A stretch of 64,000 bases of DNA, taken from positions 3,328,001-3,392,000 of the forward strand of contig OY969724.1 of assembly GCA_963702205.1 (NCBI GenBank). Reading direction: 5' to 3'. Under the pieces are notes generated by a model that worked only from the letters and a program-made list of their open reading frames with translations, was not told the origin of the DNA and ran no database searches. The DNA is from an uncultured candidate division Zixibacteria bacterium (GTDB lineage Bacteria > Zixibacteria > MSB-5A5 > GN15 > PGXB01). Below, in pieces: positions 47,069 to 55,002 of the stretch (positions are counted from its first letter, which is position 1; every line of letters begins with the position of its first letter). The position numbers and the translations under genes were made by a program.

Positions 47069-47710
47069 TCAATCCTTGCCCAGATAGGCGCGTTCAATGC
47101 CCAGAATTACCTTCAGGGCGGTTGCCACCATGCCCAGCCCGACGCCGATAATAATGGCGCGTTTGGCCGCCAGGTTGGGAACGTTCAAAAGCCAGCTGGC
47201 TGTCTTTTCGATATAATCTCCAACAATCCCGAAATACGGATTAAAGCGCAGCATGACGATCAACGCTGAGATAAGCAGCAGAGTCGCCAATAGCGACCGG
47301 GCACGGAACGCCCGGTAGGCCGCCGACGCAATGAAAAATGCCAAAAGAGAAAACATGGTGGCCTGAATCGGGATTAAAATGTAGTCGAAGAAAGCCCGAA
47401 ACATATAGTTCGATAAACCCTGAGAGGAAAAGAAATGCCGTCCGTAATCGAAGCCAAAAAGGATCATCAAAAATAAACCGATCAGGGTTATAACCGAATA
47501 TTGCCAGTTTGGTTTCTTGTATTTGATCTTATCATACGAGACACGGATCAGCGACCAGATGCCCAAAGCAAGGGCAAAAATTCCGATGATGTATATCCAG
47601 TCGAGGAAGAACTCGTATATCCATTCGGATGATCCATGAGGTACGAAATATTGGAAGATCATGAAGATACCGAATACGAATACGAGCATTAAAGGAATTT
47701 GTCGTTTCAT
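47069..47710 (-). CDS. Module 3, subunit B: ~6-TM membrane protein of unknown function
   Basis: MKRQIPL, P..ATMFSLLAFFIASAAYRAFRAR, W..NVPNLAAKRAI.IG..LG, ILGIERAYLG. Confidence 0.85.
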   Translation of the reverse strand: MKRQIPLMLVFVFGIFMIFQYFVPHGSSEWIYEFFLDWIYIIGIFALALGIWSLIRVSYDKIKYKKPNWQYSVITLIGLFLMILFGFDYGRHFFSSQGLSNYMFRAFFDYILIPIQATMFSLLAFFIASAAYRAFRARSLLATLLLISALIVMLRFNPYFGIVGDYIEKTASWLLNVPNLAAKRAIIIGVGLGMVATALKVILGIERAYLGKD

Positions 47711-47724
47711 ATCTTCACTCCTCC

Positions 47725-48954
47725 CTAATTACTTACGTAAAATAGGTGTTTAAATCCTTCGACCCCGAAATTCATCAAAATGAATCCGATGATCGCTATA
47801 ATTATCGCGACGGCCTTGGCGTAATCCTGAGCCTTAAGAGATCCCAGAAGCAAAGGTTCGCGACCCAGGTAGGCCGACGCGGCATAAAGCTCTTCACCGA
47901 TAAGAGTGTAATCGCAGGCAACCACGAAAAACGGAATCTGTGCGATTTCATCGGTTCCGGCAATCTGAATCGATCCCGCCAGGGCACCGGTTTCGGCCAG
48001 AATCAGAGACTCGGCGTAGAACTTGCCCATGTAGATATTGGTTGCCGGGAGTTCGCGCAACATTGTGCCGTTAACCGCGGCAACATAGGCAAACTGCGAC
48101 TGCGTCACGAAATACACCATATCCTCATAATATGAATCGGGGCGACCAGCGTCCATGTACGACGCTTTCACCGTTTCCTGAGCGACGGTCATGACGATCG
48201 GGTCATAGCACGGTACTATCAGGCCGGTTTGGTATTCGGCTACTTTCTTGGCGACGCGGCCGAGAATAGTGTACGACGCAATCGTCGCGATATCGGCAGC
48301 CGTGCCCAATCCGAGGACGTACAAAATCGGTTTGCCCATTTCGGTGGCGCGTCCGATGGCTTCATCGACGGCTTCGATACCTGCCAGACGCCTGACAAAC
48401 AGCTCGGCTCCTCCCCGCGCTTTCTGAATGAAATATATCGTGATAACCAAAAAGAAGACGACAAATGCCAGAACCGGGATACGACCGGTATTAAACCACT
48501 GCCCGTAAGAATATACCGGACCGTAGACGTCCGAATCAGTGTAAACCAGGCTGTCCGCCGTCAGCGCCCTGACCTTATAATAGAAATTTACATGGTCGGG
48601 CATATAATCCGACGCGTCTTTCTCCTTGGCGCCGACGTCCACGTACCCATTGCTGCCCGCCGGCACTATAGCCCTTTCCACATAGGGGCTGTCGGGAGCC
48701 AACGACCGAAAGACTTTGTATCCAATGACATTATTCAGACCGGTTCCATCATCGGCGGAAGATTCCCAGCTCAATGTGATGGAATGACCGTGGTCATTGT
48801 CGGTGTCGACCCCGCGTACGTTTAACGGCGGCGAGGGCGGCGTTATCGTCATCGAGTCGGGCATCGCCCCGGTTTCATCGGTGCCTTGAGCAAAGCCGCT
48901 CACGGCCAGGATAAAGCACAGAAGAAACAAGGCAATCGGTAGCTTAAGCTTCAT
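47725..48954 (-). CDS. Module 3, subunit A: signal peptide + FN3 + TM + DUF6754-like domain + TM
   Basis: FN3 (LSWESSADD...YKVFRS...YYKVRA); VRRLAGIEAVDEAIGRATEMG, AESLILAETG, IQIAGT, PFFVVACDYTLIGEELYAASAYL, GSLKAQD. Family name recalled, not searched. Confidence 0.85.
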   Translation of the reverse strand: MKLKLPIALFLLCFILAVSGFAQGTDETGAMPDSMTITPPSPPLNVRGVDTDNDHGHSITLSWESSADDGTGLNNVIGYKVFRSLAPDSPYVERAIVPAGSNGYVDVGAKEKDASDYMPDHVNFYYKVRALTADSLVYTDSDVYGPVYSYGQWFNTGRIPVLAFVVFFLVITIYFIQKARGGAELFVRRLAGIEAVDEAIGRATEMGKPILYVLGLGTAADIATIASYTILGRVAKKVAEYQTGLIVPCYDPIVMTVAQETVKASYMDAGRPDSYYEDMVYFVTQSQFAYVAAVNGTMLRELPATNIYMGKFYAESLILAETGALAGSIQIAGTDEIAQIPFFVVACDYTLIGEELYAASAYLGREPLLLGSLKAQDYAKAVAIIIAIIGFILMNFGVEGFKHLFYVSN

Positions 48955-48975
48955 GTTTACCTCGCGAATTTATGT

Positions 48976-49809
48976 TTAATGTATCAGCTGCAACCAGTCT
49001 CGGAAGAGAAAAGTGAGTCGGCCCACCAACAGCGAAATACGTCCCATCACGGTGTAGCCGAACGAGGCACCGAATGTAATCATCAGCACCCAAATGCCGA
49101 TTCTCGACGCTCCTCCGAAAAGCCCCCTATGCTCTTTCGAGAAAAAGAAATATATTATGCCGCATAGTACCCCGATAAATATAACCCAGTTGCTCAACAT
49201 CGTGACCAGTTGTCCGTAGGCGTTAAGATTCATATCGCCGAAAAATCGCCCCACCCCGTGCCAATCTACCAGAAGCGGGACGAACGTGGATGAAACCTGT
49301 TCAATAAAATCCGAACGCAGATACCGTACTAAGTTGAGCCCGGCCGTGGTGCCGACAATGAACGCCAGCGGCCAGGATGAAATCCACCCGGCCTTTTTGG
49401 ACAGGCGCATCAACAGCAGGACGCCCAGAATAACCGGGATGAAATACGAAATTTTGTCCGGCAGGAAGTATAGGGCATATTCATCCTGGATATGAGGTAT
49501 CTTAAAAAAGGCCGACAGCGACGTCGACAGACGCGGGATCAAATTGCTGACGATGGTCGACCAGAAACCGAGCGACATCCAGTACGCCGCCGAAACCCCG
49601 ACAAAAAGATGTTCCGCGAATTTATAGAACGGATTGTCTTTATACAAAAACGACAGTATCGCCAGCGTCAGAAAAGCCGCCAGCGTCACGAGAAAACCTC
49701 GGAATATATAGTCGTCGTACTGCCCGGCGTATGTTGAGGATTTGGCCACCCAGCTTACGGCGAATAATATACAGACTATCGCCAGGATGATTATTATGGT
49801 CCGGCTCAT
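48976..49809 (-). CDS. Module 2, subunit D: multi-TM membrane protein of unknown function
   Basis: Extra N-terminal hydrophobic segment, then AAFLTL..LSFLYKDNPFYKFAEHLFVGVSA, WPL.F.VG, YFFFSKEH.G, ITFGASFGYTVMGRISLL; ATGA overlap with C2. Confidence 0.85.
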   Translation of the reverse strand: MSRTIIIILAIVCILFAVSWVAKSSTYAGQYDDYIFRGFLVTLAAFLTLAILSFLYKDNPFYKFAEHLFVGVSAAYWMSLGFWSTIVSNLIPRLSTSLSAFFKIPHIQDEYALYFLPDKISYFIPVILGVLLLMRLSKKAGWISSWPLAFIVGTTAGLNLVRYLRSDFIEQVSSTFVPLLVDWHGVGRFFGDMNLNAYGQLVTMLSNWVIFIGVLCGIIYFFFSKEHRGLFGGASRIGIWVLMITFGASFGYTVMGRISLLVGRLTFLFRDWLQLIH

Positions 49810-50756
49810 TGTCTTCTCCCCCGTCGGCGGGCCACGAAAAAGGAAATGTTACCCAGAATAATAAAGGCCATGATAACCACGTGCGCCAGTGTCTGCGGAC
49901 CCATCATACGCAGACCCGGTGTGTCGACATGAGCAAATTGTTTATAATGATGAATCAATTCCGACTCGTATTCGGCGGCGCCTTTAATACCGCCCAATAT
50001 ACCCAGAAGCTGCTTGGGATAGTACGGGTACAATTGCGGCGCCACAACCGCCGCCACTCCGCAGCCGATCGGAACGTTGCCGGGGTCACCGACAAATAAA
50101 ATCCATTCTTTGACACCCGGTTTGCCGCCCCCGATTGATACGATCAGATTTACATCCTGACAGGATCGAATCCTTTTAAATATGGGTATGCTGTCGAGAG
50201 GGACGTTATTGACGTCGGTCGGAAACATCTTACGGAAATTGGAAACGATGACGTTCAGGACGCCTTCATTGCCCGCCTTGTATCCTATATTCGCATAATC
50301 GACGCCATCGACCTTGTCGGGGAATTCCGCTTTAACCACGTTTTGCATGGTTGTGTTCAAAAGCGACTGCCCGGTCGCCCAAAGCGACATGAATATGACC
50401 TTTTGATTCCTGACAAGGCAGTGGCGGGTGATGGCATCGGCCATCGGCTGCACTTCGGGAGCCATGGCCGGGTCGAAATCGTACGATATTAAAACGGTCG
50501 AACCGTCAGGCAAGTCCTCGATTCGGTCAAAAAGCTTTTTAACGATCGGTGTGGCCGTCTCGGCAAACGTAATCGGAAACAGGATCGGCACTGAAACGGA
50601 AATAAATATAAAAAGAAAGACAATCCTGCGGTCCACGTCGCCCGCCTTGATCGACTGAAGCAGCAGCCAGATCATGCCGCCGCCGATAACGACCAGCGAT
50701 ATAATAACACCAAGATCGCTGCCGCTGATGGCGATGATGCGCGGGACCCAGTTCAT
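49806..50756 (-). CDS. Module 2, subunit C: membrane-anchored alpha/beta-domain protein of unknown function
   Basis: Start ATG 50756 (TGATG overlap with B2); DRRIVFLF, DFDPAMAPEVQPM, DYANIGYKAGNE, PLDSIP, YPYY..Q..GILGGIKGAAEYE, QTLAHVVI.AFI..GN. Confidence 0.85.
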   Translation of the reverse strand: MNWVPRIIAISGSDLGVIISLVVIGGGMIWLLLQSIKAGDVDRRIVFLFIFISVSVPILFPITFAETATPIVKKLFDRIEDLPDGSTVLISYDFDPAMAPEVQPMADAITRHCLVRNQKVIFMSLWATGQSLLNTTMQNVVKAEFPDKVDGVDYANIGYKAGNEGVLNVIVSNFRKMFPTDVNNVPLDSIPIFKRIRSCQDVNLIVSIGGGKPGVKEWILFVGDPGNVPIGCGVAAVVAPQLYPYYPKQLLGILGGIKGAAEYESELIHHYKQFAHVDTPGLRMMGPQTLAHVVIMAFIILGNISFFVARRRGRRQ

Positions 50757-51430
50757 CACTGCTCTTCTCCCAGATAAGATCGCTCGATCCCGAGCAAAAT
50801 TCGGATCGACATGGAAACAACACCCAGCCCGATCCCGATCATAATGGCTCTTTGTCCGGCGAGATTTGGTCCGTTCATAACCCAGATGGCCAGGTTTGGT
50901 ATCTGGAGGATAGAAAACTGATCCGGAACCCACGAGGTAAGCATCGTGCCGAATGGGGTTCGTCCCAGAAGAATAATAAAGGCCCCGATCAGCAGAATAG
51001 TCGCCTCGCGGTTTTTGGCTCGAAAAGCCCGGTACGATGCCGACGCCACAAAAAACGCCAATAGTGCGTACATCGTCGAACCCAGCGGTACCAGTACGAA
51101 ATTAAACAATTCCTGGAATAAAGAATCATCGGCCGTAATCGAAGCGGCGACGCCTCCGGGGTTGCCGATTTTAAACAGCCCGATAGTCAGCATAAAGGCG
51201 AAGCCGATTACGGTCACCAGCGAAAAGCCCCAATCCTCTTTTCTTCCCTGCAGCTTGGATAAGTGTACCCTCAGCAAATTGCCCCCGCCGAGGAAGAAAG
51301 CGAAGACCGCGATAATATCGAAATAGAGCGTAAACGTCTCTTTAAGCGACGTCATAGGCGGAATAAAGACCGATATAATCAGCAAGGCGCCGATGAAAAA
51401 GGTAATTATGAGGGGCACCTGTCGTCTCAT
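50756..51430 (-). CDS. Module 2, subunit B: ~6-TM membrane protein of unknown function
   Basis: MRRQVPL, PLGSTMYALLAFFVASASYRAFRAKN, WVMNGPNLAGQRAIMIGIGLG, LLGIERSYLG. Confidence 0.85.
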   Translation of the reverse strand: MRRQVPLIITFFIGALLIISVFIPPMTSLKETFTLYFDIIAVFAFFLGGGNLLRVHLSKLQGRKEDWGFSLVTVIGFAFMLTIGLFKIGNPGGVAASITADDSLFQELFNFVLVPLGSTMYALLAFFVASASYRAFRAKNREATILLIGAFIILLGRTPFGTMLTSWVPDQFSILQIPNLAIWVMNGPNLAGQRAIMIGIGLGVVSMSIRILLGIERSYLGEEQ

Positions 51431-51434
51431 GCCA

Positions 51435-52667
51435 TCAATTCGTTCTAAATAAAGAGTTAAGCAGGTCAGCGAATCTCGATATAAAATCTATATGCCAGGT
51501 ATGCCCGATGGTTGTAGCCAGCGCACCGAGAATTATCGCTATCATGGCCAGCGCTTTGCCAACGTCCTGCCCTTTGAGCGACCCCAGCTGCCTCGGTTCG
51601 CCGGAAAGATACGCCGACGCCGCAAACAGTTCTTCACCGATCAGCGTAAAATCGCACGCCGCCACAAAAAACGGAAGCTGCGGCGGATTGGCGGTACCGC
51701 CTATTTGTATAGCACCTATGGAATTGCCCGTCTCGGCCAGGATCAGCGATTCGGCAAAAAAGGCCCCGAGCAAAAATGTCGTGGCCGGTTTCTCCCGGAT
51801 TATCATTCCATCGACTGCCGCCACATAACCGAACTGCTCGTCCGTAATGTACTGTGCCATGTCTTCATTGAAGGCGTCGGGCCGTCCGGCGGCCATGTAG
51901 GCCGCCCTGAGCGTCTCGCGCGACGCGGTCATCACCAGCGACCGCGACACCGGCACTTTTATTTTTGTATCGTAATCGGCCACAACCCTCGCGACCCGTC
52001 CCAGTATGGTCAACCCGGCGATGGTCTGGACGTCGTCCATGTCCTGGATACCGGGCACGAACAAAATGGGACGACCCATCTCGGTGGCCCGGCCGATGGC
52101 TTCATCGACCGCTTCCAGACCCGCAATTTTACGGATAAATAACGATTTGCCGCGCTTGGCCCTGGCGATGAAATATATTACTGCGCCGCAGATGAATAGA
52201 CCGATCAAAAAGAGATTGGTCAAACGGAAATCCAGCCACTCCATGTCCGGAGTTATCGGTGCCGACGGCTCCGACGGTCCCGAACCGCCATCGCAGACAG
52301 CGACGACCTCGTATTCGTACGATTGCCCCGGCTCGACCGATTCATCCTTGTAAAAAGTTGTCCCGGAAACTACGGAATCAATGGAGACAAAATCCCCGTC
52401 GGCCGCTTTGCGCCTCAATATCTGATAGCGAAGAACTTTTCCGGCGGCGTTATCATCGGCCGAAAGAACCCAGCTCAGGTCAACGACGTTGCCTTTGTCG
52501 TAAACGGCGTCGATAGCTTTGACATCGGTCGGAGGCCGGGGGATACAAATTTTGGTGGAATCATTGGGATCGGGTACAATCAGTTCTTCGGCGGCAAGGC
52601 CGGAGACAAGAGAAAGCAATATTATGACAAAAAAAAGCCCACCAATTCTCTGTTGGGAAGTCTTCAT
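51435..52667 (-). CDS. Module 2, subunit A: signal peptide + FN3 + TM + DUF6754-like domain + TM
   Basis: FN3 (LSWVLSADD...YQILRR...YEYEVVA); IRKIAGLEAVDEAIGRATEMG, TDEQFGY, AFFAESLILAETG, PFFVAACDFTLIGEELFAASAYL, GSLKGQD. Confidence 0.85.
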   Translation of the reverse strand: MKTSQQRIGGLFFVIILLSLVSGLAAEELIVPDPNDSTKICIPRPPTDVKAIDAVYDKGNVVDLSWVLSADDNAAGKVLRYQILRRKAADGDFVSIDSVVSGTTFYKDESVEPGQSYEYEVVAVCDGGSGPSEPSAPITPDMEWLDFRLTNLFLIGLFICGAVIYFIARAKRGKSLFIRKIAGLEAVDEAIGRATEMGRPILFVPGIQDMDDVQTIAGLTILGRVARVVADYDTKIKVPVSRSLVMTASRETLRAAYMAAGRPDAFNEDMAQYITDEQFGYVAAVDGMIIREKPATTFLLGAFFAESLILAETGNSIGAIQIGGTANPPQLPFFVAACDFTLIGEELFAASAYLSGEPRQLGSLKGQDVGKALAMIAIILGALATTIGHTWHIDFISRFADLLNSLFRTN

Positions 52668-52670
52668 AAA

Positions 52671-53318
52671 TTAGCTGATAAGGTGCAGCCAGTCCCCGAA
52701 GATGAAATACATCCGTCCTATTAATAGCGACATACGGCTCATAACGGTGTATCCGAAGGAAGCACCGAAAGTTATCATGATGATCCAGATACCAATCTTG
52801 GCCGCTCCGCCAAAAGCTCCCTTATGTTCCTTGGAGAAGAAAAAGTATACCAGGCCGGTAAACGTTCCCCCTGCGATAAAGATATTCGAGATAATATCAA
52901 AAGTCGAACTTGAGAAAAGGGGATCACTATAGCTGGCGCTGAACAAGGGCGTGATGGTACTTTGTACCTGCAGCATTACGTTGGATGAGAAGTAATTCAA
53001 AAGGTAAAACCCTGAAATGGCTCCGACTACGAACGACAGCGGCCAGCGGGAAATCCACCCTATCCGGGGAACGAGCCTGAGCAACATCAATATGCCGAGA
53101 ATGGCCCCGACAAAGAGGTAATATTCATGACGGTCAAAAACGCCTATCCAGAATTTCCCCACGATATTGTCCCAGAAAAGTGCGACAAACCAGTATCCCG
53201 CCGAGACGCCAACGAAAATCGCTTCGGTCAGTTTGTACCACGGATTATCTTTGTACAAAAATGATATGATGCCGAGGGTAAGAAAGGCGGCGACCCAAAG
53301 TCCGATCTGCTGTTCCAT
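52671..53318 (-). CDS. Module 1, subunit D: ~6-TM membrane protein of unknown function
   Basis: AAFLTL..ISFLYKDNPWYK.TE..FVGVSAGY, ISRWPLSFVVG, YFFFSKEHKG, ITFGASFGYTVMSRMSLLIGR; TGATG overlap with C1. Confidence 0.85.
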   Translation of the reverse strand: MEQQIGLWVAAFLTLGIISFLYKDNPWYKLTEAIFVGVSAGYWFVALFWDNIVGKFWIGVFDRHEYYLFVGAILGILMLLRLVPRIGWISRWPLSFVVGAISGFYLLNYFSSNVMLQVQSTITPLFSASYSDPLFSSSTFDIISNIFIAGGTFTGLVYFFFSKEHKGAFGGAAKIGIWIIMITFGASFGYTVMSRMSLLIGRMYFIFGDWLHLIS

Positions 53319-54325
53319 CAGGACGCCCCTCCCGAACGGAGATTACGTTTTTTATCACCCAGGAAGAAAGCGGCATTGCCGATTATAATAAAGGCGATCA
53401 CGACCACGTGCGCAAAAGACTGCGACACCATAAATCGAGTCCCTTTGGCGATTCGCCTGGTGACTTTCTCGAATTCGGCCGCGCCGTTTAATCCTCCCAA
53501 TAAACCGTGCAACTGCCCGGCTCTGAGGTAAGGATACATCGCCGGAGCTTGTACGGCTGTGTTGCCGGCTCCCATTTTAAGACCGTAACGGTCGACGGCC
53601 ACCTGAACCCATTCCTGCGTACCGGGATAACCGGCGGAGAGGTTAAAGGCGAAATCTATATTGCTGAAATTTTTTATATTTCTGACCAGCGGCAGAGAGT
53701 CATAAGGAGTACCATAGAAATCATTGTGAAACATGCTCTCGAAATCTCCACCCATACGTTGTATGACGAATTCATTCCCGGCTTGGTACCCCAAATTCAC
53801 GTAATCGGTCCCGTACTTCCATGATTTCCCTGCAAAACTTTTTTCGTGCAATATCGTCTGCATGGCCATATCGGCCTGTTGCGGTCCTTGCGGCCAGAGT
53901 CCCATGATAACTATTTTCAGATCGCGTTCGATACACAAGGCAAAAAACGACTCAGCCATAGGCTGCAGCTCAGGCGCCGAAGGAGGGTCGTAGTCGAAAG
54001 ACACCAGCACTTTGGAGCCCGGTTTGAGAGCCATCACGGCGTCATACAGAGATTGCACTTCGGGAGAGACTCTGATCGGCTGCTCAATTGTCATAAAAAA
54101 CGGCAAAATAACGGCGGCCCCGACAAAGATAAAGACAACGCGCCGGTCCACCAGATTGCCCAGTATCGTGCGGACAAGTATAAGCAGCAGGACCAGTATT
54201 ATAAAAACTATGATAATAATCGAAGCGGTCGGCCCGAGGACTATTGGCTCGGTTATGACGAAATATCCGATGAGTGCCAGTGCCAGCAATATTAAATATG
54301 CTATTATCTGCTTAAGCACGATCAA
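53318..54325 (-). CDS. Module 1, subunit C: membrane-anchored alpha/beta-domain protein with two extra N-terminal TMs
   Basis: DRRVVFIF, DYDPPSAPELQPM, DYVNLGYQAGNE, DFYGTPYDSLP, YPYLRAGQL.GLLGGLNGAAEFE, QSFAHVVVIAFII.GN. Start TTG 54325 or GTG 54319. Confidence 0.85.
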   Translation of the reverse strand: MIVLKQIIAYLILLALALIGYFVITEPIVLGPTASIIIIVFIILVLLLILVRTILGNLVDRRVVFIFVGAAVILPFFMTIEQPIRVSPEVQSLYDAVMALKPGSKVLVSFDYDPPSAPELQPMAESFFALCIERDLKIVIMGLWPQGPQQADMAMQTILHEKSFAGKSWKYGTDYVNLGYQAGNEFVIQRMGGDFESMFHNDFYGTPYDSLPLVRNIKNFSNIDFAFNLSAGYPGTQEWVQVAVDRYGLKMGAGNTAVQAPAMYPYLRAGQLHGLLGGLNGAAEFEKVTRRIAKGTRFMVSQSFAHVVVIAFIIIGNAAFFLGDKKRNLRSGGAS

Positions 54326-54990
54326 TCTCCACCGAGGTGCGCCCGTTCGATACCCAGAATGACGCGTATCGACGTGGACACGACACCCAAAGCGATGCCT
54401 ATCATAATGGCCCGTTGCCCGGCTGTGTTAAACACATTCATAATCCAGGTTGATATGTTCGACGGATAAAGCGAGGGAGGATACATATGGTTTCCCCATT
54501 GGAGCTTCATGGCTATCGCATCTCCGACCGGTACCCGTCCGATCATGACCAGAAAAGCGGCCAGGAGAAGCAACGTAGCGTCGAAATTTCTCGCCCTGAA
54601 GGCCCGATACGAGGCCGACGCCACGAAAAAGGCAAGCAGGGCAAACATGGTCGATGACAGAGGAGTATAGACATATTGATACAGCCAGTCGAATTTAGTC
54701 CCGATATCGCGGAAAGCCGCGCCCCCGGCAAAACCTACAATGGCCATAACCAGGAAACAAGCGATTATGACCAGGGAATAAAACCAATCCTCTCGCTTGC
54801 GATAAACTCTATCGGCCGAGACTTTAAGCAGATTCAAAGCCCCCAGCCAGATCGCGCAGGCGGCAATAATCGAAAACCAGTCCGAAAACCAGTTATTCAG
54901 TTGATTGAACGGATAGTGCGGAATAAAGTACTGGACGACGAAAACGACGCCGACGATGCCGGTGATCAAAAGTGGAACTTCTCTTCTCAC
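54322..54990 (-). CDS. Module 1, subunit B: ~6-TM membrane protein of unknown function
   Basis: MRREVPL, PLSSTMFALLAFFVASASYRAFRARN, WIMNVFNTAGQRAIMIGIALG, ILGIERAHLG. Confidence 0.85.
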   Translation of the reverse strand: MRREVPLLITGIVGVVFVVQYFIPHYPFNQLNNWFSDWFSIIAACAIWLGALNLLKVSADRVYRKREDWFYSLVIIACFLVMAIVGFAGGAAFRDIGTKFDWLYQYVYTPLSSTMFALLAFFVASASYRAFRARNFDATLLLLAAFLVMIGRVPVGDAIAMKLQWGNHMYPPSLYPSNISTWIMNVFNTAGQRAIMIGIALGVVSTSIRVILGIERAHLGGD

Positions 54991-55002
54991 AATCCGATCC
55001 TT

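Noticed and set aside
50757..50933. 59-aa N-terminal extension of subunit C2 in the ORF track
   Set aside because: Overlaps B2 in another frame; ATG 50756 with a TGATG overlap fits the paralogs better.
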